In this document: positions 1-12,510 of the stretch, piece after piece
Position numbering within the stretch: the stretch's first letter is position 1
Layout of the letters: each line of letters opens with the position of its first letter
Program-made: the position numbers and the translations under genes
From: Podarcis tiliguerta
Taxonomy: Eukaryota
Length of the DNA: 64,000 bases
Assembly (NCBI GenBank): GCA_965153285.1
Contig: OZ229110.1
Direction: 5' to 3' (one strand)
Notes under the pieces: model-generated
Seen by the model: the letters and a program-made list of their open reading frames with translations, nothing else
What the model was told of the DNA's origin: nothing
The model's database searches: none

Positions 1-163
1 GTGGTGAGAAATCAGAAGCTTGCTCAAGTTTCTTGCTCTATGCAAATATTTAAATGCACAAGAAGTTTGTTCTTCTTTGCATTCAGTCCCAATGACTTGC
101 AGGAGGGTGGAGAGGGGCAGCACACTTGGCTGTATAGTGGCAGCACACAGCAATTCTCTAGTA

Positions 164-299
164 CAGTGATGGCCAAACTTGGCCCTCCAGCTGTTTTGGG
201 ACTACAACTCCCATCATCCCTAGCTAGCAGGACCAGTGGTCAGGGATGATGGGAGCTGTAGTCCCAAAACAGCTGGAGGGCCAAGTTTGGCCGTCACTG
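164..299. mobile_element. Palindromic hAT-type MITE
   Basis: TIRs CAGTGATGGCCAAACTT/AAGTTTGGCCGTCACTG; 8-bp TSD ctctagta/ttctagta. Confidence 0.9.
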
Positions 300-984
300 T
301 TCTAGTACAACATGGAATTCACACTTCCCATTCAACATTTTGCTTTATGATCAAGGGCATCGCAAACAGTGGAATGTCTATAAAGAGCCCATCTTTTCAT
401 GTGGGTCTTTCCTGTGAAGAGAGCACTATCACCGAAGATTAATCTGGATTAGCCCCCATCTCCTGGGTGATGATTCGCAATCATTAAAAGGAATTAGAAT
501 TACTCTTCCAACTGTAAACTTCCAAAGAAAGAACAAGGAAACCCACCTTTCAGTCGCCCTGGTTATTTGCACAAAAGGGCAGCTCATCGTCTGTAAGAAG
601 GCCATTAGATTGTTCTTAGGCAATCTTGAGTATGTGCCCTCAGTGCAATTTAGCCTGGATTTAAGAATCCTGCTCAACCCCCTCATTCAGACATCTTTAG
701 TAGTGGACTCCTGGGAATGAGTAATCCAGGCTTCTCAGTTGGCGGTGGCCATTGGCAGCTGTGTGATGTGTTGCTTTCTAGGGAGCAAGTGGGATAATGG
801 AAAAGGCTGCCCTTCCTATACTGTTCAAATCACACACATGCATACATTACTAGATCTACACCCTGATTATCCATTTCTCCTTGAAATTCCCTCCCCCCAA
901 TCCACAACCACAATGCTCATGTCTTAAATGAAGAACCAGCCTTACCATGAAGAAGAAGAAGAAGAAAAATAGGGGACAAGTAAG

Positions 985-1400
985 AAGAAAGGAGGTAAAG
1001 AGAAGTTTTTCTCCCTGTCTCATAATACCAGACATTTTGGGCATCCAATGAAACTGATTGTTGGACACTTTCAGGATAGACAAAAGAAAGTACTTTACCA
1101 CACAGCACACAGTTGAACTATGATATTCGCTTCCACAAGAAGCAGTGAAGACCACCAATTTAGATGGCTTTGAGAGAGGAATAGGCAAATTAATGGAGGA
1201 TATGGCTCTCCATGGCTAATAACCCTGAAAGATATGTTCTGCCTCCACTGTAAGACGCAGGATGCTTCCAGATCCCAGTTTATGGAAAACCACAGGAGGG
1301 GAAACTCCTGCTGAGCTCAGATGTCCGGTTGCCTACCGTGAGAACAGCATGTTGAACTAGATGGGCCACTGGTCTCATCCAGCAGGGCTGTTATTTTCCT
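985..1400 (+). mobile_element. Old CR1 LINE 3' end and 3'UTR
   Basis: Degenerate ORF2 C-terminus followed by a ...gaactagatgggccactggtctcatccagcagggct tail, shared with copies at ~5.5 kb, ~11.8 kb and ~39.1 kb. Confidence 0.75.
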
Positions 1401-1563
1401 AATCATACTCCCCAACATCTCGCAAATGAACGTAGAGTCACTCCTGAGAACCTAGTGGAGCCAGGGGCAGGCAACCATGGGTCAAGACACTGGCCCCAGC
1501 TCATCAGGGCTACCCCTAGGCTGCAAAACAGTTTCCAACACAATACAGTGCCCCAAATAGCAA

Positions 1564-1926
1564 TTATTATTATTATTATTATTATTATTATTTATACCCC
1601 GCCCATCTGGATGGGTTTCCCCAGCCACTCTGGGCAGCTTCCAACAGAATATTAAAATACAATAGTCTATTATACATTAAAAGCTTCCCTAAACAGGGCT
1701 GCCTTCAGATGTCTTCTAAAAGTTTGGTAGTTATTTTTCTCTTTGACATCTGGTGGGAAGTCGTTCCACAGGGCAGGTGCCACTACCGAGAAGGCCCTCT
1801 GCCTGGTTCCCTGTAACTTGGCTTCTCGCAGCGAGGGAACCGCCAGAAGGCCCTCGGCGCTGGACCTCAGTGTCTGGGCAGAACGATGGGGATGGAGACG
1901 CTCCTTCAGGTATACTGGACCGAGGC
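1564..1926 (-). mobile_element. L2 LINE 3' end with (TAA)n tail
   Basis: Encodes RAFSVVAPALWNDFPPDV...FRRHLKAALFREAF (L2 ORF2 C-terminus); microsatellite tail. Confidence 0.9.
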
Positions 1927-2479
1927 TATTAGCAACAGTTCCAGAGCGTGAAAAATTAGGATTTTCCTCCCAGTCATCAAGCAAAGGTGATCTGCGCAAG
2001 AGGTACAAAAGTTTATATTTCATTTTGTTCTTATGAGCTATAACCAACATTTGCCCTTGGCTTACCACTAGTGGCTTATTTGTGGAGACAAACCATGGAT
2101 CTGGGTTCAAATGTGGCAATAATTAGCAGGAGTGCGGGAGGAACAGAACAGCCCCAGTTTTCTTACTGTGCCCCGTAGTTTGGCTTAGCATTACAATACA
2201 AGTGAGGCCTCTGTTTCTTCCCACTCAGTTTGCAGCCCCAATAACTTCGTTATTTGTATACTCTCCTCCATGCAACCACGCATGCAGGCAAAGATTCCAC
2301 CCAAACCAGTGACATGATCAAGAGAGGGAGTGATAAATTAAGATTACCCCAAAGACAATTCATTAAAAATAGGACACAGAATATTAATTGCAATACCTAG
2401 TTCATAATTCACAACATCTCCACCCCTTCCCCTGCAATCTTCAGCTTAAACTCCACACCCTCTAGCAGGCAATCATCCT

Positions 2480-3025
2480 TTTATTCCAGTTATGTATTAG
2501 TCACTTTTTAGGGCCGAGCCCTCACAAAGCAACATACAAATAAAACAACAGAACTTCTCTGAAGCACTAGGTGGATCCAAACAAATGCACAAGAGATGCT
2601 GAATTAGATCACAAATATTCTTTTAAGGAAAGACGACAATATCTTCTGGAATGCCAGAGCTGAAAGGGCCAAATGTATGTTAACTGGAAGAGAGTTTCAC
2701 AACTGCAGGGCCACCACTAAGAAGGCCCTGTGCCATGTGCTTCCCAGTCTAAATGATTTTACCAGCAGGCACGTAAGCAGGATCTCAGATGCAGATCTTA
2801 AATTATAGGCAGGGTCATATGGGAGCAGGCAATCCTTAAACTAATCTGGACCTGTATTAATACCAGCATGCTGGAAAGGAACTGGAAATTTGCGCAACTG
2901 GTGCAAAAGTTACATGCTCAGACCTTCTGCTCTCCCCACATCCCCTTTAGCATCCTAATTATTATGCACCAATTGAAGTATCCAGCCTGTCTTCAGAGGT
3001 AGCACTATTGCAGTAATCCTGTTTA
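2480..3025 (-). mobile_element. Degenerate L2 ORF2 3' fragment
   Basis: gagtttcacaactgcagggccaccactaagaaggccctg and ctattgcagtaatc motifs of L2 ORF2, antisense. Confidence 0.65.
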
Positions 3026-3660
3026 GTGTGTTTCATTACCTGTCCCCACATTCTGCTTATCAACTTTTTTCTCCACATCTCACTATGTGGAGGGGGGGGG
3101 GAATTGACCAACAGTTAAAAGCACGCAGTTTGCATTTCCCACAGAGGCCTTTGACATGGAAAAGTTTTGACAGGAAAAATTAGAAGGGTGGGTGGATCTG
3201 TATTTGCATTTAATATGATAGATCTTGCCGCTTTATTTGCTTGAGTGTCAGTGAGATGCTACATTTATTACCAATTATCGTTTCTGGCACAGCCTTAAGG
3301 TGAAACGCATCGAGATTTTCAAAGGTTTATATACAGCTTTGATAAATCAGCTCTGTGTGATCTGCATCCCTGAGGCATTGGCTTTAGCTAATAGATGGAT
3401 GGGCAATACCACAAACTAGCAGCCACCAGCTGCTTTTTTTGAAATTAGGATTCTCATAGCTAAACAACATGAGATTATAGGACTTGATCCATAACGCAGT
3501 GGAGGCAGGCAGGGATTGGAAGCACAGTATGCCTCTGAATGCCATTTGTCGGAGATCTCCTTGGCCAACGCTCTGTCTCCCCAAACTGCTTTTTAGCCAT
3601 TTCTTTCTATCTTCCCAGCTGTGCTCCTAGACTGCCACAGGGCCCTAATATGCTTTAAGT

Positions 3661-4217
3661 TAAGGTTACCAGAATTTTTCCAAAGAATCCAGGGACACTT
3701 TTTTTTAAAAAAAAGAGGGGGGAAATTATTAAAAAAAGTTTTTGTGTTTTTTTTTTTAAAAAGAAGTAATATATTCTCTTCTGTGGGCAATTGGCTGGGT
3801 GGCTGGGTGCTCTCGCTCCTGGCTTGACTTGGGTTGTGGGGGGGTTAGCGGTTCCCCCAGCTGATGTGCCGGGCATCCCTGGTTCCCCCTCAGCAGCAGC
3901 AGCAGCAGTCTCAGCAGCCCGGAGCCAGCCTGGTAGCACAGTTACTCGGCTGGCTCCAGGAGCTGCTCGCTGCCGTGGCGCCCGCCATTTTGCCTCACCA
4001 GAAGTCCCCATACGACGTGTCTTGTGCCATTGAACCAATCACACAACATTCACAATCACACAACATTCATTCCCTACTAATAAATCTACAACACTTAAAA
4101 TATAAATCTGGGGACAGTAAATGAAATCCGGGGACATTCCGGGGATGGATTTTGTCCGGAGACAGATTTGTAAATCCGGGGACTGTCCCCAGGAAACAGG
4201 GACATCTGGTAACCATA
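3661..4217 (+). mobile_element. Non-autonomous hAT element (Tip100-like ends), copy A
   Basis: TIRs TAAGGTTACCAGA/TCTGGTAACCATA; TSD ctttaagt/ctttaaac; subterminal GGGAC repeats. Confidence 0.85.
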
Positions 4218-4590
4218 CTTTAAACACTACCCCGTTCGACAGGAGAGAGTGGAAGCCGTCTTAGCCAACATTTGGGGCGGCAATACCTTGGAATACTTGA
4301 GGAAAGTTCCACCTCCTGTCCGCCCCTGACTTCCCACAGCCATCACTCTGCCTACTTGTGTATCAGGCCTTGGCCACAGGCAGTGGACCCAGAAGGTTGT
4401 CGATGAGGTAATATAGTTCTCATACTGATAAAGGTGCTCCACCCAGTAAAAACCTTGACCCAGTGGTATGAGTCGTACCACCAAGAATGGACTCTGTATT
4501 GTTGAGTAAGACAAAAGGTCTCATTCTTAGTCAAACTGCTGTGCAACACCTGCTCAAAACAAAACAATGAACCAGTTGGCCCCTCTAAAA

Positions 4591-4717
4591 CAGGCATGGT
4601 CAAACTTGGCCCTCCAGACTACAATTCCCATCATCCCTGACCACTGGTCCTGTTAGCTAGGGATGATGGGAGTTGTAGTCCCAAAAACATCTGGAGGGCC
4701 AAGTTTGGCCATGCCTG
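4591..4717. mobile_element. Palindromic hAT-type MITE, same family as 164-299
   Basis: TIR CAGGCATGG...CCATGCCTG; perfect 8-bp TSD ctctaaaa. Confidence 0.9.
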
Positions 4718-5945
4718 CTCTAAAAGGACACAAGCATCTTATGAACGTAAGGACTACTTGCTGAATCAAACCCCCAAGGTTTATCTAGAGACCAACACTC
4801 TGACTAGGTTCCAAAGAGCCACATTAGGTACCTATATGGGCTTCTGTATGCCCAGTGGGAATTTTTTAGCATACACACACACCCTGAGCAAGAGCAATGA
4901 CCATAAAAATGCACCAAATAGCTGTGTCAGGACAATTGGTCTGACCCACCCAAGTTGTGTCAGCAGCACAGTAGTTATTAATAGCCTGACGGCGCTTAAG
5001 GAACAGTTTCTGCATCTTTCTTCCCAGAGAAGCAAAGTAATTGCGGAAGGCTAAATGCATTCTTGCATTTATTGTACTGTAGTTATCAATCGGAATGATG
5101 TTACTCCCAGGGTCTTAAGTTAAAGAAATATTTGTGTGCTGCTTTTATAGCTTTTAATTTTTTTTTTTGTAAAAACAAGTGACAGAGGAAGGTGGACTGC
5201 AGTGAGCAATCAGGCTGTACAGACACACACCTGCTGAGTAATACCTCAGCTCTGTATAGGGAAGTTTTTAATGTTTGATGTTTTGCTGTGGTTTATTAAA
5301 TTGTTGGAAGCTGCCCAGAGTGGCTGGGGCAACCCAGTCAGATGGACGGCATATTAATCATCATCATCATCATCATCATTTTTAAAAGTAATGCAGCTTT
5401 ACCTTTATTGATGAGGCTTTAAAAAACCCCAAGTGTGCCCAAGCACACAGCCACATGGAGGTACAGATCATGTCTGACAGTCTACCATCCAGAAGGATAG
5501 ATAAATCACAAGGGGGAGAGTGCTTTTGTGCTCAGGTCGTGGTTGAGAGTTTTCTCTACAGACAACCGGTTGGCTACTGTGAGAACAAGATGCTGGACTA
5601 GATCGGCCTTTGGCCTGATTCAGTAGGCCCTTCTTAAGTTCTCAGCATATTTTTTCCTGTTATGTTCCTGTTAATAGTAGCTGTCCCCCCCCTCCAAAAA
5701 ACACACCCTAAAATGGCTTTTAAATTTGAGAATTTTTTAATAAGGGAGTGGGCAGGAGGAACCACGGCTACTTCATTGGTGAAATTCAACACCAATGAAC
5801 ACTTCAACACTTGTCTTGGCTTCAGGCATCCAAATAAAATCCAGGTACCTTTTCTTGCCTTCATTGGGCCCCTGTTGTGGCAAATAGCAACTGTGTTTGT
5901 GTGTGTTAACTACATTTGAAAAACAGCATGGAGAAAAGGTTAATT

Positions 5946-6458
5946 TTTGGTTACCAGTTTTTCCCCCAATGAATCCAGGGACACTTTTTTTTTTTTTGAA
6001 GCTGAGTAGCAACAGGGAGTCAGTAGTGGGGATGGTGAGGCAAAAGACCCTGGGCCCAAGCACACATGCATATTGTCTAAAGGCGCAAGGCCCTTTTTTC
6101 GCCCGCTGTGAAACATAAATGCACAGTTTTTTAAAAACTGGGCAACGGCCGCCTGCCCGCAACTCCCGAGCCTCCCCCAATCAGTCAAAACAAAGGGGGA
6201 AGGGGGCAGGAGATCGCACAAGACAGATCCTATGGGCACAAGACACATCATATGGGGACTTCCGGCGAGGCAAAATGGCGGGTGCCACAGCAGCGAGCAG
6301 CTCCTGAAGCCAGTCAGAGCCAACTGTGCTACCAGGCTGGCTCTGGGCTGCTGAGACTGCCACATTTCCCAGGGACAGATTTGCAAATCTGGGGACATTC
6401 CGGGGACAGAATTTGTCCGGGGATTGTCCCAGGGAACCGGGGACGTCTGGCAACCCTA
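5946..6458 (+). mobile_element. Non-autonomous hAT element, copy B
   Basis: Ends tttGGTTACCAG / CTGGCAACCCTA; perfect 8-bp TSD GGTTAATT (5938-5945, 6459-6466). Confidence 0.9.
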
Positions 6459-9400
6459 GGTTAATTCCTTCCACTACTTGGACTAAAATTAGAGCCCACC
6501 ACGACTGCCTTAAAGAAAAATCTAGAGATGTGACCATGAACTGCCCACTGCATCACTTCTCCTTTGGCTCTTTGACAGGGAGCACTGGAATAAGTAACAG
6601 GGCAGTTTACTCCTAGGTAAATGGGCACAGGCTCACAGCCTGAGAATATTGGAGGCAGGGAATGATTCTCCTTAATGTGTGCAACACAGCAATATTCAGC
6701 AGGCCCTTGGGGAAAAGCAGGAAATAAATCTGAATGAATATATTTAACTACGGGCTTGCCATTTAAAGAGGGGGATCTGCCAACCTTGCAAGCAACCGAT
6801 ATTAATAAAGATGCATGAGCATCATCGTAGGAAAGAAAAGGGCAAGCTCAAAAGCTTAGGCTGAATCTGCACTGCTAGCAACAGCCAAAGGATAAATGGT
6901 AAATAAAAAAAAACCGGATTCAGGGAGATACAATCCAATACAATGCCTGAGTCACACCCTCCCCCTTAACTGCTTTTTAAATACAGTACTCCTTTTCAGA
7001 GTGGGCTCTCTTATTACCATTCCAGCTAAGCTGCTTTAAACACTTCACATCTAATGAGGCTCTTAAGCACTACAGGTTGCCTTTGGCTCTAAAAGCTTTA
7101 AAGCTAAAGGCATATATGAAGACGACTGGCTCTTTAAGATGCCTCTGCACACTATAGAAACAAGTCGCAGCTTCTGACACCTGCAATTCTTATAAAAGAG
7201 CTTCCATACGTACACAAAGAAAATGCTTACTGGCCCCTTTCCCTGCATTAATTCACCACGGCTGTGCAAATGAAAACCAAGGTTTGCAGCAAGTTGCTCC
7301 TCGCCACTTGATTTTCAGAGCTTTCAATCATCCGTTACACATGCCTTTGGGGGGTGGGGTCACTCTGTTGGAGACGTGGGATGAACAAACTGGACCCTTT
7401 CCGTCGTATCTGTACCCACAGCTGCAACGGCAACGTCATGGGATAAATCTTCCTGCAATACAGTGTACTTGGAAGAACAATGTAGCACAGGACAATTCAG
7501 AAGTGACACTGTGCCAATACTCGCCTTCATTGGACTGTGCACCTGATACGTAACCAACCCAATGTTGGTATCTGTCTGTCACGAAGGACAATGGAGGGCG
7601 CCTGGGGTGGAGGGAGTCATAGAGCAATGCAAAATGTGTGGTTTGGTTTCCCACACAGATATGCATTTGATGTGTGAAGCTAGACAAGCACCTCTTCGCA
7701 AACTCTTGCGATGATGACACACACACACAAAAGCTTATTTATTCATTAACCGAACAGGATCAATGCTGTGGTCACAAATAAATGAGCAATTTGCTTACAT
7801 TAAGCGTGTAGAAATGGGGATCTCTGCTTAGATTAATAAAAAGAATGTGCCCTAGACCCTTTTCTTCATTAGAACACTATTATCCCTGAGCGTTATCGCA
7901 ACCATTTTCTTTTATTGCAGCCATTGTGGGTACAGTGGACAGAGCACTGCAAGGCCAGCATTCAAAACATGGGAGTCTTGGGAGTGGAAGGAGGATGAGC
8001 AAGCCTCTGCTCTGTGGCAGAAATGCTCTTTTTCCTTGGAACTTAACTAATGCCAGACACAATGGTTGAGGATAGGCTAGCTGTTGGTGCATAATCTTGC
8101 TTGTCTGCCACGGGAGATGATTACCTTTTATTTAGTTGCAGGAGGTATGTGCTTCAGTGCTGGTGAGAGTGATAGGAGGAAAAATTCAAAAGAGAGAGAG
8201 AAAATTACCCCCCCACACACACATACATTATTTAGTTTAAAATAAGCAGGACATGCAACATGGCACTGGAAGATGAGCCAGAGAATTATGGCACACTTAA
8301 ATGCTTGAACTATATCCATCCCAACAGTAAAACAATCCTGAGGGGCAAGAAGCATGGTTCACCAGCTGTTTGGATCAATGGTTTGAAAGCTGGCAAAGAG
8401 CAGCTTGTTCTTATCTCAAGGTTGGGGGAACACAGGCAGCCTCTGTCAAGGCCTACAGCCTCAGGTCAAATATTAGGAATGGAAGGGACTGATGAATCAG
8501 CAAGTTTAACCAACTCTTCTGAAGAAGGCCATCTGATATCCAGGCAACCCTGGCATAAGCCTCTCCTAACTTAACGAAAATCTTCAAGTGAAATTTTGAA
8601 ACAATCCCTAAGCAGATTCTGCTGCTGCTGTTGCTGCTGCTATAGTTGGGAACTTCCTCCTAAGCTTAGATTCATCACTCAGAATCCCTCTCTGGAGTCT
8701 GCTTCAAGAGTCAACCAGCAAATCTTGTCCACTTACCCTTTTTCTATCCTGTCAAACAATGGCCTTATGGAAAAACACATCACATTTGGTCTCTCTGAGA
8801 CCCGTGTCTTTTACTATTCTCTCCCCCCCCTTCTATAAACAGCACTTTCAACCGCTGCATCCTGACACTCAGTAAGTTGACAAATTCTCACAGGTCTTGT
8901 TCTTTCACAGTCCCACAGAAATGAATGGCTCCCACCAATCACGGTATATAGAATATCAACTGCGAAGAACATAAGAGTCAAAATCTGCCCAACCCCTGCA
9001 ACACTGAGATAACTCGTGCCGAGAGTGGGATGCAGGTACTTTCACTCCTACCTCACCTTTGCAGCTCCTTTGCCTTTTCTGATCACAACTGAGGCAATTG
9101 GGGATATTGTTGACATGGTGCAAAACCTGATTCCCACCCCTGATGCTCCTATGTTTTAATGTTTCCGAGATAAACCTGTCAGGTACAAGATGAATCTATG
9201 CAGCAGTTAAGACCTTCCTAGAACATTTGTTTCCTATTCCTTTCTGCCACTATAGTTATTATTTAAATTTTGTAAAAATTACATGTGCAAAAAAAATTAA
9301 TCAGACTGCAGTGCTATCATTTTGCAAGCCAGGCTCACTTAGGTCACGGAGGGTCCGGCAAAGTCAGCATCACAAAACTGCATGTTATAAGGAACCCTCC

Positions 9401-9974
9401 AGTTAAGGGCACAGCCGGCATTCTGATTAACAGCTTCTTCTTCAAAGGGCCCCACGGTGCACACGCAGAATTGGACTGTCTTGGAAATTGCTGCCCTCTG
9501 TAGCAAAACACTGTGGGAGATCCTCTGAAATGGTGCTGTGCTGTGCTGACGGCATGTAAAACCTACACTTTCTCGGCTCCTGTGCCACTAAAATTGGCAA
9601 GTTTTCCAATTGATTTCACAATTCGGTCTTTATTATATACCTACCAGCATAATGGAAAGAAGGCCTTGCGGGGGGAGGTTATGCTATTTCTCTCTGCAGC
9701 ACTTCGCTTTTCCTCCATCAGAGTGAATAAGAGGAACATGAGGAAGCAGATCAGTGTTGTCTCCACTGACTGGCAGCTGCTCTCTGGGGTTTCAAACAGG
9801 AATCTTGCTCAGCCCTGTCTGGAGGTGCCAGAGAAAGAACCTGGGGCATCTACCAAGAAATGCCTTATGATCAACCACTGGGCTATGGTCCCTTTCACCT
9901 TAACAGTGGGTCATCCACTTATACGAGAGAAAGCAAAAAAGTGTACTCCAAGATACTTAGTGTGATGTGTTATA

Positions 9975-10338
9975 GAGATGCGGGTGGCGCTGTGGTCTAA
10001 ACCACTGAGCTTCTTGGGCTTGCCGATCGGTGGTTTGAATCCGTGCGATGGGGTGAGTTCCCGTTGCTGTGTCCCAGCTCCTGCCAAACTAGTAGTTCAA
10101 AAGCACACAAGTACAAGCAGATAAATAGGTACCGCTGTGGTGGGAAGGCAAATGGCGTTTCCGTACACTCTGGCTTCCGTTCCAGTGTCCCGTTGCACCA
10201 AAGTCATGCTGGCCACATGACCCGGAAAGCTGTCTGTGGACAAATGCTGGCTCCCTTAGCCTGAAAGCGAGATGAGTGCCACAACCCCAGAGTCGCCTTT
10301 GACTGGACTTAACTGTCCAGGTGTCCTTTACCTATACC
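9975..10338 (+). mobile_element. Sauria SINE, full length
   Basis: Head gcgggtggcgctgtggtctaaacc, tail cctttacctatacc, 12-bp TSD tgtgatgtgtta. Confidence 0.9.
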
Positions 10339-10615
10339 TGTGATGTGTTAAAACTGCTTTTTAAGAGATTGGGGACTAGAGAGATCCACAATATGCTCCT
10401 TTGGCTAGCAGTACAGCAGATTGTAGGCCATTTACTCTGCCCCATGGAATTTAACAGAAACTATTGAAACATAAACTTGCTGTACCTATGGAGACCCACT
10501 CATGGCTCCATTTATTGGTCATATAATCTATGTAATATATAATCTCAATTAACATATGCATTGAGATTATAGATAGATAAGTCATATTATGCTGATTTAA
10601 AATAACTATAATGTT

Positions 10616-10638
10616 TGTGTGTGTGTGTGCGCGCGCGC
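10616..10638. repeat. (TG)n(CG)n alternating purine-pyrimidine tract (Z-DNA-prone)
   Basis: Direct read. Confidence 0.85.
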
Positions 10639-11814
10639 AGGAAGGGTTACCTTTTAATTCCTGAAATCAGGAAAAATGATTACCAATGAGATCTAAAAAT
10701 ATCCTTATAATCAAGTAGTATTTTTTTTCCTAAATACACCCACAAATATTAATAATTCTCACCAATCTACTAAATTTTGGTTTTTGAAAACATATTGCAA
10801 TACTTTTTGAAAAAATGCAGGGGAAAAGGAGTTATGGAACAACCACCAAGAACACCAGAACACCTCTTGCTGTTTAACTAGGATGGATAGTAGGAATTCT
10901 TCAGACAATCTTAAGATCAAAACAAACAGGGAGAAAGCAGTCTTTTCTTCAGTGTGTTGGACTGAACTGAACTGTACTGTATAGATAGAAAACAGCAACT
11001 TGAGTTATGCCCAGAAGCATAATGCAAATCTAGTGCTGGAGCAACAGTGTTTCTGCAATTTGGTAATGGTAACCTAGTCAGATGGGCGGGGTATAAATAA
11101 TAAAATTATTATTATTATTCATTAAGAGCAGGGTGTGGGCTACCATGATCTGTATTAATTTAAGTGCTTGCTTCATACTGTGCACCACACTCTTTATTGA
11201 GATATCAGATATTCTATTAATTGTAATAAGGACAATATAGCACTGCGGAGCTTTATAAGGAATGAGAGGACTCTACCCTCAGGGGGCTTAGAATCTAGAC
11301 AGACACAACCAAGCAAGGGGAAGGATATGAAGTTGGGGGATGAACAAAGGAAGAATATGCAATTACCGTATTTCAGCCACATTTACTTAGGTTACAATCC
11401 TATATCCACCTACCTGGCAGTAAGCCCCACTGAATTTGATGAGGCTTACTTCTTCTGAGTAGGCATGCATAAGATTGTGCCGTTAGTTTACAGTCTCTAG
11501 ATAGGAAGGACCTGCAATAAAATATTATTGTGTTCTGTATGACAACACACATTTACCTATTGCAATTCACATCTTAAATATATATATTAAAAAACCACTC
11601 TTTTGGCTCCTTTCCTGGTCTTGCACTCTGTCTCCCAAATCTTTTCCCTCAGGAACTGATGTCCCTTGAATTAATCCCTCCAAACATCCCAGCTGTCTGC
11701 ATTTGCTGCTATTCTGATTCTTGTGAGAATTCACAGCAGCTTAGAGTAGCTTATTTTACTTCACATTATAGAAGTTTATAAAATTATGCGTGTCAAGTTT
11801 ATAAAATTATGCGT

Positions 11815-12510
11815 GAAGTTTTTTCTCCCTCTCTCATAATACTAGAACTCATGGGAGCTGAATGTTGGAAGATTCAAGACAGACAGGAATGGTTAACTAT
11901 GGAATTCACTCTTATAGGAAGCAGTGATGGCCACCAACTTTAATAACTTTGGCTACCAGCCATGATGAAGGCTGTGCTCTGTCTCCTTGGCCAGGGACCA
12001 TGTGATTCTGAGTACCAGCTGCTGGAAATTGCAGGAGGGAAGAGGGCTCGGGTCCTGCTTGCAGGCTTCCTATAGGTATCTGTTTGGCCACTGTGAGATC
12101 AGGAAGCTGGACTAGATAATAATAATATAATAATAATGTATTATTTGTATCCCGCCCATCTGGCTGGGTTTCCCCAGCCACTCTGGGTGGCTTCCAACAA
12201 AGATTAAAAATACATCAAAATGTCACACATTAAAAACTTCCCTAAACAGGGCTGCTTTTAGATGTTTTCTAAATGTCAGGTAGTTGTTTATCTCTTTGAC
12301 ATCTGATGGGAGGGTGTTCCACAGCCGGGTGCCACTACCAAGAAGCCCCTCTGCCTGGTTCCCTGTAGCTTTGCTTCTCACAGTGAGGGAACCGCCAGAA
12401 GGCCCTTGGCACTGGACCTCAGCGTCCGGGCAGAATGATGGGGGTGGAGACGCTCCTTCAGGTATACTGGGTTACTAGCCTGATCCAGTAGGCTCTTAGG
12501 ATGTTCTTTA
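11815..12510 (+). mobile_element. Old CR1 3' end interrupted by an L2 3' fragment (L2 at 12117-12471, minus)
   Basis: CR1 tail ggactagat[...]ctagcctgatccagtaggctc split by the L2 tail and ORF2 end. Confidence 0.75.

Noticed and set aside
164-4717. Recurrent palindromes as CRISPR-like or terminator repeats
   Set aside because: They are dispersed MITEs with TIRs and TSDs; no regular repeat-spacer array, and the context is eukaryotic.
11771-11820. 21-bp tandem duplication (aagtttataaaattatgcgtg x2); similar short duplications at ~35260 and ~34118
   Set aside because: Ordinary local slippage or insertion-junction duplications with no further structure.
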